DNA of 64,000 bases. Source: a virus. Made by a program: the position numbers and the translations under genes. The stretch covers positions 1 to 64,000 of IMG/VR virus record IMGVR_UViG_3300044730_000222; one strand, 5' to 3'. Of this stretch, positions 54,626 through 63,886 are shown one piece after another. Position 1 is the first letter of the stretch; every line of letters begins with the position of its first letter. The notes beneath the pieces are model-generated. The model worked only from the letters and a program-made list of their open reading frames with translations, had not been told where the DNA came from and did not search any database.

Positions 54626-55036
54626 TTAATCCTTATCCCAATCTTCATCTACTGGTAGTTCATCTGGCATCTGATTATTAGGTTTAGTAGATACTACTTC
54701 TTCTACTTCGTCTACCGTTTTTTCAGCAACCTCTGACAAATCAGAAACCTGACTTACACTGTTGTTTTTTTCTTCAATAGCATTAATCATTTCTTGTGCA
54801 CCGCTACGACCAATCAGCAAACCTGCGAGGGTACCAGTAATAAATGTCGCAACACTACCAAGAACATTAAAAAACATCTTATCATTTTCAGATTGTGCTG
54901 TTACTGGTTGTGAAACAAAAACCAAGGCATATAGAATACCCATGGTTGTAAATAATAAAATTGCCCCTAAAATAATCCCTAAAATAAATTTTAATCTTGC
55001 ATCTAAATCAGATGGGGTTAGTCTTGGCTTACTCAT
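54626..55036 (-). CDS. Two-TM membrane protein (holin candidate)
   Basis: Two TM helices, directly upstream of the endolysin. Confidence 0.55.
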   Translation of the reverse strand: MSKPRLTPSDLDARLKFILGIILGAILLFTTMGILYALVFVSQPVTAQSENDKMFFNVLGSVATFITGTLAGLLIGRSGAQEMINAIEEKNNSVSQVSDLSEVAEKTVDEVEEVVSTKPNNQMPDELPVDEDWDKD

Positions 55037-55256
55037 TGTTTGTCTCTTCCTCTATTACGCTCTCATTTGATGTTCCGTTTACAACATCTTCCCCTACCAA
55101 ATCTTCTGGACAAGCACCGTTTACTGTACAAATTGGTGGCTTGCATTCAGGGTTACCCCAATTGGCTGGATCTTGGCAAGGATAGCGGTAGTGACCATCA
55201 TAGCCACATCCCACAAGCAATACTCCAAGAAAAGCAGTTAGGATTATTTTTACCAT
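55029..55256 (-). CDS. Small Cys-rich lipoprotein
   Basis: LVGC lipobox; YRYPCQDP.NW...C.PP.C....C; leaderless. Confidence 0.7.
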   Translation of the reverse strand: MVKIILTAFLGVLLVGCGYDGHYRYPCQDPANWGNPECKPPICTVNGACPEDLVGEDVVNGTSNESVIEEETNNE

Positions 55257-55273
55257 ACCCACCATTATAGCAG

Positions 55274-55654
55274 TTATTCGTCTTTTTCCTCACGAAGGGG
55301 TATTGTGACAAGCCATAAAATAGTAGCCGCTATTGTGGAAATTCCTACGATTTGTTGGGCGGTACCAGTAAGAGTAAGCCATGCAATAAAGAATCCTAGC
55401 AGTGTCCATACCTGAGCAATGCTTTCTTTTACAGCCTTACCAAACCATACAACAAAGCCCTTAACAAGCCTATAAGCCAATCCTGGAGCCTTTTTGAGTA
55501 GGTCTATAGCCTTTATTAAGGCTGGCTTTGCCTTATTAAGTAAAGGCTTAGCCTTCTCAAGTAAAGGTTTAAGGTTTGGTGTTTTTACCTTAATACCCTT
55601 TATTTTGCCAATAAGGGACTTTGCTTGATTAACTAACTTATCTATCATTGTCAT
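55274..55654 (-). CDS. Membrane protein
   Basis: Amphipathic N-terminus and two C-terminal TM segments. Confidence 0.65.
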   Translation of the reverse strand: MTMIDKLVNQAKSLIGKIKGIKVKTPNLKPLLEKAKPLLNKAKPALIKAIDLLKKAPGLAYRLVKGFVVWFGKAVKESIAQVWTLLGFFIAWLTLTGTAQQIVGISTIAATILWLVTIPLREEKDE

Positions 55655-55655
55655 A

Positions 55656-57272
55656 TTATAACCTCCTTAGTGACATAACAGAACTAACTATGTTGGATAC
55701 CAGAATTACTGGGATAATAACTTCTTGAGCCTTTTCCCTCTGGTCATCCGTCATATCTTTGCCCCATTCTGAAGGGCTAAATACTTTGTCAAAATCTATA
55801 TCTGTCAGTACTCCCAAAGGATCTGATAAAAATGCCTCTGTTTGAAGTTCAGTAACAGCATCTGCCAGAGTGTATGGCATAGGAGCATTTTCATTGTCTG
55901 CTGACATTTCTGCAAATTGAACCACTGCTGTAGCAACTGAAGGATTGTCTTTCGCCATTTCAGCAATCAATGCAATCTCTTCTGTTTTAACTCCAAGATC
56001 TAAAGCAAAAGATTTTTTATTTTCTGGAGATAATTCAATTAAAAGATTGGATACAGCAGCCATTAATTTAGAATCATTTACACTAATTAATTTATTTAGT
56101 TTATTGAGTTCTTCTTCTGATATACCGTTTTTATTTATATCATCCGTGTTATCATTATCAGATAATGGACCTACAACTTCTTCGTCAACAGGTTGCTCAG
56201 GTTCAGGCTCTTGAATTGAATCTGTACCCTCTGGCTGAGATGAAGGCTCTTCTGAGGGCTCTGGAGTTGGATCAGTCTCTTCGCTCTCCCCATCTGTGGT
56301 ATCAGGGCTTGGAGAAGGAGTGGACTCATCTGGTTCAGTTTGCTCAGGATCATCAGGAAATCTTGGATCCTCTGGAGTAATTACTTCTGGTTCTACTTCA
56401 ACATCTGGATCTGGAAAATCTGGTTCTTCTGTTGGTTCAGGTTCAGGTTCTTCTGTCGGCTCAGTAGTTGGTTCTGGTTCTGGCTCATTAACTTCTTCGC
56501 CATTTATTGCTGCAATAAGATTATTAAGATTGGCAATGTCATTTGCTAGGGTAACTGCTTCAACAATTTCTGCTTGTACTTCTTCTGGAGTCAATGGCTC
56601 TTCTGTGGGTGTTGGCGTAGGCTCTGGAATTGGTTCTGGTGCTAAGGTTGGAGTTGGATCTCCAGCCTGTATTTGCGTAGCACCCCATGCTTCAAGAGAA
56701 ACTATTGAGCCATCATGCAGACGAACCCCAGTTCTAAGATTTTGATACTCAGGTCCTTGATAACTATACGAAACTGCCAAGCCACCAGTATTTGTAATTG
56801 CTACTAATATATTAACTGTGCTTGGCTCTGCTCCGTAATTTCCAAATGGAACCATATTAAGATTTAATTGAAACCCGCCTTCTGAATAATATATATCTAA
56901 ACCAGTTGTATTGCTTACTCCTGGAAACCAGTCCATTGAATATAAAGAGATAGATGGTGTATTTGGATAAGCCCAGTATGTATTATCTGGTTGTCCAAAT
57001 GTAATTATAGAGTTTGTTGTTGCATAAATGTTTTCATACTGTACCCCGTCAAAAGTAACGGTGGTTGCAATTGGTATTTGATAAGATGTGTCGTCACCTG
57101 AGCAAGTATCCATATGATGCACTATAGGTTCAGCATCGCCTTCATATGCTGCTGCTATGGTTTGTGATTGAATATAGTTGACACAAGTTGCGTGTGCATT
57201 TTCTGGAAAACCAAAAAGACTTGCAAATAAAATTCCCACCACTGTGATTATGCGTAGGATTTTTTTGTTTAT
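55656..57272 (-). CDS. Secreted/surface protein with Pro-Glu-rich linker and C-terminal anchor; probable ATA start
   Basis: Signal peptide ending AHA; (PE/PT)n linker; C-terminal REKAQEVI...hydrophobic-RR. The ORF track starts at 57242. Confidence 0.7.
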   Translation of the reverse strand: MNKKILRIITVVGILFASLFGFPENAHATCVNYIQSQTIAAAYEGDAEPIVHHMDTCSGDDTSYQIPIATTVTFDGVQYENIYATTNSIITFGQPDNTYWAYPNTPSISLYSMDWFPGVSNTTGLDIYYSEGGFQLNLNMVPFGNYGAEPSTVNILVAITNTGGLAVSYSYQGPEYQNLRTGVRLHDGSIVSLEAWGATQIQAGDPTPTLAPEPIPEPTPTPTEEPLTPEEVQAEIVEAVTLANDIANLNNLIAAINGEEVNEPEPEPTTEPTEEPEPEPTEEPDFPDPDVEVEPEVITPEDPRFPDDPEQTEPDESTPSPSPDTTDGESEETDPTPEPSEEPSSQPEGTDSIQEPEPEQPVDEEVVGPLSDNDNTDDINKNGISEEELNKLNKLISVNDSKLMAAVSNLLIELSPENKKSFALDLGVKTEEIALIAEMAKDNPSVATAVVQFAEMSADNENAPMPYTLADAVTELQTEAFLSDPLGVLTDIDFDKVFSPSEWGKDMTDDQREKAQEVIIPVILVSNIVSSVMSLRRL

Positions 57273-57328
57273 TTAGGGCACTCCTAATTAACTAGTTAGT
57301 TAATCATATTATACCATTATAAAGAAAA

Positions 57329-57350
57329 AGGCGCAGATTTCTCTGCGCCC
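57329..57350. terminator. Intrinsic terminator after the S-layer-like gene
   Basis: GGGCGCAGA/TCTGCGCCC stem with a T-tract on the minus strand. Confidence 0.8.
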
Positions 57351-57368
57351 TAGTCTTTAATTTGTTAA

Positions 57369-58487
57369 TTACTTAACAAGTGTAACCTTTGCTGAAGGGT
57401 TTTTCTTATTCCACTTCTTAGCAAGATCATTGAATGCCTTCTTCATTGCAGCAATTGCAGCATTTGAATCAGCAAGAGCCTTTGCATTCTCAGCCTTAAC
57501 AGCATCTAGTTCTACCTTAGCAGCAGCCTTAGCATCTGAAATAGCCTTATCTGAAGCAACCTTAGCGGTTACAGCATCAGCCTTTAGAGTTACAACTTCT
57601 GCCTTAAGAGCAAGAATTTCTGCATCAGCAGCAGCCTTTGCATCAGCAAGAGCCTTAGCAGCAGCAGCCTTCTCAGCAGCGAGTGCAGCAGCAGATGCTA
57701 CCTTCTCAGCAGCAAGTGCAGCAGCAAGATCAACTGTTGAAACAATTGCAGATGCAGATGTTACTGCAGTAGCAAGTGTTGGAACAGCGGTTGGTGCTGT
57801 AATTGATGCTCCAACAGCAGATGATCCACCAGTTGCTGGAAGTGTGATCTTTGAAGTATAAAGACCAGTTGTAACTGTAGATGTTTCTACAGTACCAGCA
57901 GTTGCATTAATTGCTGTGAATGTTGGAGCAGTTGCTTTTGGATTACCAAAAATATCTGTAACAGTAGCAGAAGCAGTTACGGTTCCACCAATATTTCCTG
58001 AAGCAGGAACAGATAGTGCAACATTAAATGCTGGTCCAGCAATACCCTTTACATAAAGAGTTGTGCTTGCACCAAGAACAGAAACTGTAACAGCAGAAGC
58101 ACTTGTGCTTGTTGTATATAGATATGCAACAGCAGTAGTTGATGCTGGAGTTACTGTTAAAGAAGATACGCCAGAAGCCGAATTAGGCGCTGGAGTAAGA
58201 GTTGTAAGCAACTTAGCGTTGCCAGTTGTAGCAAATGTAACTGGTGTTCCAGATACAACAGTTGCTGTAAGAGTTAGTACCTCAGAAGTTGCGGTAGCGG
58301 TATCGCTAATAACATTATCAAAAGGAACATTTACTGTAAGTGGCGCTGTAGCAGATCCAGTGTCAGCATCAACGGCTTTCGTTGTTACTGCTACTGATAC
58401 TGTGTTGGCACTTGCAGGTGTTGCAACAATTGTGCCCAAAGTCATGGCTGCAACCAGACCAAGAGCAATTTTCTTAAATGAATTCAT
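57369..58487 (-). CDS. Secreted Ala/Thr-rich S-layer-like surface protein with C-terminal coiled coil
   Basis: MNSFKKIAL...ASA signal peptide; Ig-like beta region; Ala-rich coiled coil; AFN.LAKKWN.KNP tail; strong codon bias. Confidence 0.6.
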   Translation of the reverse strand: MNSFKKIALGLVAAMTLGTIVATPASANTVSVAVTTKAVDADTGSATAPLTVNVPFDNVISDTATATSEVLTLTATVVSGTPVTFATTGNAKLLTTLTPAPNSASGVSSLTVTPASTTAVAYLYTTSTSASAVTVSVLGASTTLYVKGIAGPAFNVALSVPASGNIGGTVTASATVTDIFGNPKATAPTFTAINATAGTVETSTVTTGLYTSKITLPATGGSSAVGASITAPTAVPTLATAVTSASAIVSTVDLAAALAAEKVASAAALAAEKAAAAKALADAKAAADAEILALKAEVVTLKADAVTAKVASDKAISDAKAAAKVELDAVKAENAKALADSNAAIAAMKKAFNDLAKKWNKKNPSAKVTLVK

Positions 58488-58503
58488 TTTTCTCCTTGTT
58501 TAT

Positions 58504-60285
58504 TTAAATTAGTTTATATTCATTTAGAAACTCCTGAATATCTTCAGGAATCTCCTTGTTATCCAATTCTACCATAGCCTTCTGCTTATCCGCAAGTCGG
58601 CTGGCAGAACTCCAAGTATGAACCTCAATTTCTAGATTAGAGTCCTTACTTGTATGGGATATTGCTCCAAATACCGCCCCACAAACGGCATCTGCCAAGT
58701 CCTTAGATTTCTTGCGTGGATGATCAACTCTATTATTTTTCATAATTTTAAGTTCACTCATCTCCTCAAGCAATAAAGGAATCATGGGCATTGCAATTCT
58801 CTCTTCATATATCATCATGGCTAGGTCTTCATAGTGTTTTTTAGCAACAGAAACAGTCTCTGTTTTTATGCCTACCGCTTTTAATTCCTGCTGAATATCA
58901 AAGGACTGCCAGCGGTCAAAGGTGACCATGCCAATGTTAAAACCTTCTCTGCGTAAATTCTGTATCCACTTTTTAACCTCAGATAAATCTACAGGACCCT
59001 CTACCTTTGGTTCCCACCAAGCAACGGCATCTACGATAACAATTGGCGCTACCTGCTCGTAATCTTTAATTACCTGAATGTTTACCCAGCGTTCAACGTG
59101 TGCGATAGCAACAGCACACTTATCATGTCTTTGTGCAAGGTCAGCATGGATATAATATATTTTTTCTGGATCTGGCTTAAAACCAGCATCAAATCTTCTG
59201 TGATTGTCTATAGGATTTCTTAATGTCATACACTTTTCTAGTTTTTCTTTTTGCTTAAAGAATGAATCAGAGGAATATGTGGGGGTACATAAAAATCTCA
59301 TCATTGCATCGCCTATATCAGTTAAAAATGCAATCTTAAAATCATCAATCTTTCTAGTAGGATTTACTTCCCATGTAGGTCTTTTTAATGCAAACATTCT
59401 GGGGTACTTATATGATTTGATATGGTCTTCTTCCCATACTATTTCAAATTCATTATCTGGTCCTTCTGGTAGTTCCTCATTAATAACAAACTTATATCTA
59501 CGTTCTATTACATCTTTTTCCATGATTACTTCTTCATACCGTTTTGAAATAAAGTCTCCGTTGTAGCGAGGGAATGAAAGAAGAACTACTTTGCCAAGAT
59601 CTGGAAAACGAGAGTCTACTGTACCTCTAAATGCTTTATATATATTGTCAGCAGTCTTACCCTGATCATTTCCTGTTCCTACTTCTGTAACGAAGCCAGA
59701 AATTTCATCAAGTACCGCCATAAATAAGTTAAGACCCTCGTGTGATTCACGCTCAGAGTGACCTGAGTAAACGGTAATAGATTTATCAAAACCAATAGAG
59801 TTTACCTTTGGATCATACTTTCCAGCAAACCATGGAGACTTCTCAATCTTAGTTTTAAAACCTTTGAAGAAAACATTTTTAGCCTGCTCAGCGTTAATAG
59901 CAACGTTGATAATATCTATGGCATCACCACTTGGTTTTCCATAATACCTTGCAGGATCTTTAAGGCAAAGAAGTTTATAAACAACATAGGCACAAGCAAC
60001 AGTAGAGACAAAGTCTTTTCCACTACCCTTTCCTAGTTGTAAAATAATCTCATTCTTAGTATATTTAGCAAAATGTTTGTCGCCCTCTTCATGCCCCATC
60101 AACATTTGCAAATCTTCTTTACGATAGATCTGGCTCATTGCTTCAACAATGTCATACTGAATGGCAGACAATGGCGGTTGATTTAGAAAGTCTGGAGACT
60201 CAACAAAGGTCTTTGCATCTACAGGGGTTTCTTCAAATTGATTATCTTGAAGGGCTTCAAAGAAATCATTGAACTTGGTGGACAA
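58504..60285 (-). CDS. terL: Terminase large subunit
   Basis: GKGSGKD Walker A; VLDE Walker B; HADLA...D, FDRWQS and DHP....KD.ADA nuclease motifs. Confidence 0.9.
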   Translation of the reverse strand: MSTKFNDFFEALQDNQFEETPVDAKTFVESPDFLNQPPLSAIQYDIVEAMSQIYRKEDLQMLMGHEEGDKHFAKYTKNEIILQLGKGSGKDFVSTVACAYVVYKLLCLKDPARYYGKPSGDAIDIINVAINAEQAKNVFFKGFKTKIEKSPWFAGKYDPKVNSIGFDKSITVYSGHSERESHEGLNLFMAVLDEISGFVTEVGTGNDQGKTADNIYKAFRGTVDSRFPDLGKVVLLSFPRYNGDFISKRYEEVIMEKDVIERRYKFVINEELPEGPDNEFEIVWEEDHIKSYKYPRMFALKRPTWEVNPTRKIDDFKIAFLTDIGDAMMRFLCTPTYSSDSFFKQKEKLEKCMTLRNPIDNHRRFDAGFKPDPEKIYYIHADLAQRHDKCAVAIAHVERWVNIQVIKDYEQVAPIVIVDAVAWWEPKVEGPVDLSEVKKWIQNLRREGFNIGMVTFDRWQSFDIQQELKAVGIKTETVSVAKKHYEDLAMMIYEERIAMPMIPLLLEEMSELKIMKNNRVDHPRKKSKDLADAVCGAVFGAISHTSKDSNLEIEVHTWSSASRLADKQKAMVELDNKEIPEDIQEFLNEYKLI

Positions 60286-60805
60286 CTGTAATCACTTCCC
60301 CATTTTTGGCAATTGCAGATAATCTTTGCATGATTAGGTCACGAACCTCTGGATGCTCAGAAGCGATATCACGAAGAATGCCAACAAGAACTTCTTGTCT
60401 CTTCTCAATTTCAACTATCTCTTCTGCTAATTCTTTATTTTCTAGCAAACCAGCCTTTTGTAGCATATCAATTCTTCTTGCCTCAATATCCATTACAAGT
60501 TTAATTGCACTAGTTTTAGCAGTCAGGTTTGCTGTAGTAGTTGCATCATCAATAACTTCATAGGCTTGCTGTATTAATCTTGTGTAATGTGCATCTGCTG
60601 CCACTAAAGCATCTTTTGCACGAGCACGAATAGCATCGTTTGCAGATGCCATGGTTTTCCATTCATTTAAATGTGCTACCACACGAGTTCTTGGAATAGC
60701 AAGATCTTTAGATATCTTAGTCGGATCATGACCTTTTAGATATTCTTCAACAACCTTATTTACTTCATCAAGATGTTTAACTAATTCAATTTCAGTGTCT
60801 GACAT
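60266..60805 (-). CDS. Terminase small subunit (putative)
   Basis: N-terminal HTH plus helical body, immediately upstream of terL. Confidence 0.65.
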   Translation of the reverse strand: MSDTEIELVKHLDEVNKVVEEYLKGHDPTKISKDLAIPRTRVVAHLNEWKTMASANDAIRARAKDALVAADAHYTRLIQQAYEVIDDATTTANLTAKTSAIKLVMDIEARRIDMLQKAGLLENKELAEEIVEIEKRQEVLVGILRDIASEHPEVRDLIMQRLSAIAKNGEVITVVHQVQ

Positions 60806-61040
60806 ATTTTCCCTCTAGTCTATTGATTTCATCCTGAATATAAAATATTGCCTTCTTTAAGTCTTCTATGTGTTTGGCTTCATCCTTTATGCCCGCCCTC
60901 CAAAGATACTTGATGGCGTTGCCAATATTGAAGTTTCTATGTCTTGTAATTTGTATAGCCTCTACACCACTTGGGTCAGACGTGTAATGGACAGGGTGAT
61001 TTACTTGATCAACCGTAATATGAAACTTGTCTTCGCTCAT
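60792..61040 (-). CDS. DUF3310 protein
   Basis: VNHP.HY, GNAIKYLWRAG.K and EDL.KA..Y motifs. Confidence 0.85.
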   Translation of the reverse strand: MSEDKFHITVDQVNHPVHYTSDPSGVEAIQITRHRNFNIGNAIKYLWRAGIKDEAKHIEDLKKAIFYIQDEINRLEGKYVRH

Positions 61041-61189
61041 CGCCTACTCTTTCTTAAACCAAATTTAGCAAGGTATACATAGATAGTTTCTACGCTTACC
61101 CCACACTCTTTAGCAATATCTTCTGGAGATTTTTTATCCATATGATATCTTTTTTTAAGCCATACCTCATTAGTATACATCTTCCCCAT
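61037..61189 (-). CDS. Small HTH DNA-binding protein
   Basis: Manual translation: WL..RY...KSPEDIAKECGVSVETIY.YL.KFG. Confidence 0.75.
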   Translation of the reverse strand: MGKMYTNEVWLKKRYHMDKKSPEDIAKECGVSVETIYVYLAKFGLRKSRR

Positions 61190-61191
61190 GA

Positions 61192-61428
61192 TTATTGCAA
61201 CCTAAGATTCCATGGAACTGACTCAGGGCCAGCGTCTAATTGTTTAAATAAATCTTCTTGATATTGTTTTTTTATGCCATAATAGGTGTCAGGGCTAACC
61301 TCTTTTAATTTAGGGGTTATGTTATAAAGAATATCCCCAGTTACCTCATCTATACCAGCAAACTCTATGGCATTTTGCAATAACAAATGTTCTATCATTG
61401 CTTCTCTTTGTAATGGCATTCTATTCAT
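61192..61428 (-). CDS. Hypothetical protein, paralogue of 47946..48320
   Basis: Shared GID..TG..LY..TPK motif. Confidence 0.6.
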   Translation of the reverse strand: MNRMPLQREAMIEHLLLQNAIEFAGIDEVTGDILYNITPKLKEVSPDTYYGIKKQYQEDLFKQLDAGPESVPWNLRLQ

Positions 61429-61999
61429 ATTTTATCGCTTTTTCCCAGTTATTAATGGCCCAGTGACCTATGCCAGCAGCATCAGCCACATCATAGTCAT
61501 CTATTGTTTTATCATAAGCCACTTCTAACAGTTTAATTGTTCTGCGTTTTCTAAAGTCACGCTCATAAGATTTATACCAAGATAATGATTTTCCAGGATT
61601 AACAGATCTTATCTGCAATTGTTCTTCTTTAGATAGTTTTTTATTACCCAAATAGTTTTGCCATGTTATTGGAGATACCCTGCCAATTGTAGAAATGCCA
61701 GCCAAACCAGCACCACCAAGAATTGCTCCCTGTACCAACGCAAGATCTGCTGCAGTTTTGGGGGAATTCATAAAAACGGTATGCTCAATAACAATGGCAC
61801 TAATCATATTATAATGATCAAACAATGCCTTAGTCTTAGCAGTAGCATCTATTACTTTTTGATATATATTGGCACCTTCAAAGTTTATTTTTCCATATCC
61901 AGTTAAGGTTTTATATGTATAAAATGCAAAGGCAAGACTATTGGTACTAGCATCAATAGCACAAATGTTAGATGGCTGACTAATCTTGCTCATAATCAA
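61421..61999 (-). CDS. RuvC-like Holliday junction resolvase
   Basis: AID.S, VIE and D.ADA..I acidic motifs. Confidence 0.8.
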   Translation of the reverse strand: MIMSKISQPSNICAIDASTNSLAFAFYTYKTLTGYGKINFEGANIYQKVIDATAKTKALFDHYNMISAIVIEHTVFMNSPKTAADLALVQGAILGGAGLAGISTIGRVSPITWQNYLGNKKLSKEEQLQIRSVNPGKSLSWYKSYERDFRKRRTIKLLEVAYDKTIDDYDVADAAGIGHWAINNWEKAIKYE

Positions 62000-62270
62000 T
62001 TATTCCTTTAAGTTCTTTTATCATTTTTTCTACTGCCTTTTGGCTTACATTGCAATTAGAACAAAATCCAGAATCGTTATATATTGAAAGTTGTACTCCA
62101 CAACCACCAAGACATCTGCGAATCTTACCTATTCTTTTTTGCCTGCGAGAAACATTATACCTTTCGGCAATCTTATCTTTTGTAGCAGAGTCTCTGCACT
62201 CTGGGCTACAGTATATTTGATAAGTTACCTTTGGCTGAAAGCGCTTATCGCATCTTTCACACAGTTTCAC
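61980..62270 (-). CDS. Zn-finger protein
   Basis: C..C...F......Q.YCS..C plus a second Cys cluster. Confidence 0.65.
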   Translation of the reverse strand: MKLCERCDKRFQPKVTYQIYCSPECRDSATKDKIAERYNVSRRQKRIGKIRRCLGGCGVQLSIYNDSGFCSNCNVSQKAVEKMIKELKGIIDYEQD

Positions 62271-63090
62271 TCAGCCCCTCCATAGATTTTATTTTAATAA
62301 CTCCTGGCTCTGCAGTAGCGCAAATAGCCTTTACTGGACAACCCTTACATATCTTAGAGTTAGCCCTGTAATTTTTTTGTGGTAAAGTTTTATCTTTCCA
62401 CGCTTGACGAACAACACGCATCCACTCAAATGTATTTTCAATCCATTGTCTGTAAAGATCTGTTACCTCTATAGGAAATACAATAAGTTCATGATTGTTC
62501 TTGTTTTCATAAATCAAAACACCCTTAGCCTTTTTTAATATTTTCATATATATTAATAACTGCATAAGATGTCCAGTTTTTGGCTCGCCTTTTATTCTAA
62601 AGTGTTCAAAAGCATCATGTTGCATTGTTTTGATTTCAGCAATAATCTCTTCTTCTTCCCAATTAAGAATGGCATCTCCCCATCCAAATATTGGTGGATC
62701 AGAGTGAGTAACCTTAAACTCTGTAGTCTCTACTTCTTTTCCAGTTTCTTCAAGAACCTTTTCATCAATAAACTTTTTTGCTACCCCAGAATCCATCATT
62801 GCCTGTTGAATTCTGTCATGAGAAAGTGTTCCACTAGTCATATTTGCTACACCGTATGGCGTGTTGTTATCTTCAAATATGTTTCCCTCAAAAGCAAAAT
62901 ACCAATATCTTGGACATTCTCCATGACCCCATACTAAAGTAGATGGAGCAAAGGTTTTCTTTTGAGTATGCTTTGGACCACGCTTTGCAACGTATCCAGA
63001 GTTAATCTTTTCTATCAAGGCCTTTGTGTCAATTATTTGTGGTCTATCTTCAGGCCTTATCATTATATTTTTCAGCAAGTTTTTAGTCAT
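62257..63090 (-). CDS. Cas4-like PD-(D/E)XK exonuclease
   Basis: CPR, GT..H, D...EIKT, QL..Y and C..CP....C Fe-S motifs. Confidence 0.85.
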   Translation of the reverse strand: MTKNLLKNIMIRPEDRPQIIDTKALIEKINSGYVAKRGPKHTQKKTFAPSTLVWGHGECPRYWYFAFEGNIFEDNNTPYGVANMTSGTLSHDRIQQAMMDSGVAKKFIDEKVLEETGKEVETTEFKVTHSDPPIFGWGDAILNWEEEEIIAEIKTMQHDAFEHFRIKGEPKTGHLMQLLIYMKILKKAKGVLIYENKNNHELIVFPIEVTDLYRQWIENTFEWMRVVRQAWKDKTLPQKNYRANSKICKGCPVKAICATAEPGVIKIKSMEGLSETV

Positions 63091-63116
63091 ATCATCCTTT
63101 TTATCTATTATATCAG

Positions 63117-63431
63117 TTAACGCATTATGTATTTGAGCGCTGAAACCAAGTCGTTGATTGACTCTGCTGCAGTGTAATAAATGTTTTTCTTGCCTCTGTC
63201 TGTCTTGTCAACATTTGTCATCCAAGTAGCCCTGAATGCCATCTTTGCTGCAATAGCCTGAAGCCTAACAATTTCAAGACTTGCTACCTGTGGTGGAATG
63301 TCTGGTTTTATAATTAACTTAGCAATCATTGTTAAAGCGGTAGTTAATTCTTCATCTTCCATATAAGTGGCTATCTCAGATAACCCATTAATCATCTGTA
63401 GTGTTGTTTGTCCACTTTCAGATTCCTTCAT
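63117..63431 (-). CDS. Hypothetical protein
   Basis: ORF track. Confidence 0.7.
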   Translation of the reverse strand: MKESESGQTTLQMINGLSEIATYMEDEELTTALTMIAKLIIKPDIPPQVASLEIVRLQAIAAKMAFRATWMTNVDKTDRGKKNIYYTAAESINDLVSALKYIMR

Positions 63432-63723
63432 TTTTAGCCTCCCATGTTAATTGATCTAGTAGTTCAAATTCTATAACTGCAAGCCTGGTCTTTTTATTAC
63501 CCTCTCCTAATATAACTACTATGGCTGGAGATTTATCAGTACCCGCTTTTATTGAATCGGTAACAGCCTTTGCCCAAACATCTTGATTTAGAGTAAAGGA
63601 CTTAGATGTTTCTTTAAAATCAATAACAAAATTTCTCCAGGTTGCATCACCCTTCTGATTATTACGACCAGAATTTTTGTGCTGTTTAGCACCTATTCTT
63701 TTACTCTCGTTCTTCTCGCTCAT
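63418..63723 (-). CDS. Archaeal-type Holliday resolvase-like PD-(D/E)XK nuclease
   Basis: E...A..IG.....SG....KGD....DFK motif. Confidence 0.65.
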   Translation of the reverse strand: MSEKNESKRIGAKQHKNSGRNNQKGDATWRNFVIDFKETSKSFTLNQDVWAKAVTDSIKAGTDKSPAIVVILGEGNKKTRLAVIEFELLDQLTWEAKNEGI

Positions 63724-63886
63724 AATCCTTCTTTGTTTTAATTAATGCTGCTCTAGAAACGTGTTTCTTGCTACACATCCATGTAAGATCTGTAGTCTCA
63801 AGCCAAAGCCTTAAAGATGTAACCTCTTCCTTACAGGTATGACAAGGAAACTTTCCTTCAAAAACCTTAAATTTAACATCAGACAT
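63701..63886 (-). CDS. Small Zn-ribbon protein
   Basis: CHTC...C...H. Confidence 0.6.
   Translation of the reverse strand: MSDVKFKVFEGKFPCHTCKEEVTSLRLWLETTDLTWMCSKKHVSRAALIKTKKDYEREERE

Noticed and set aside
62257-63090. CRISPR-Cas system
   Set aside because: Solo Cas4-like exonuclease in a recombination operon; no other cas genes or array.
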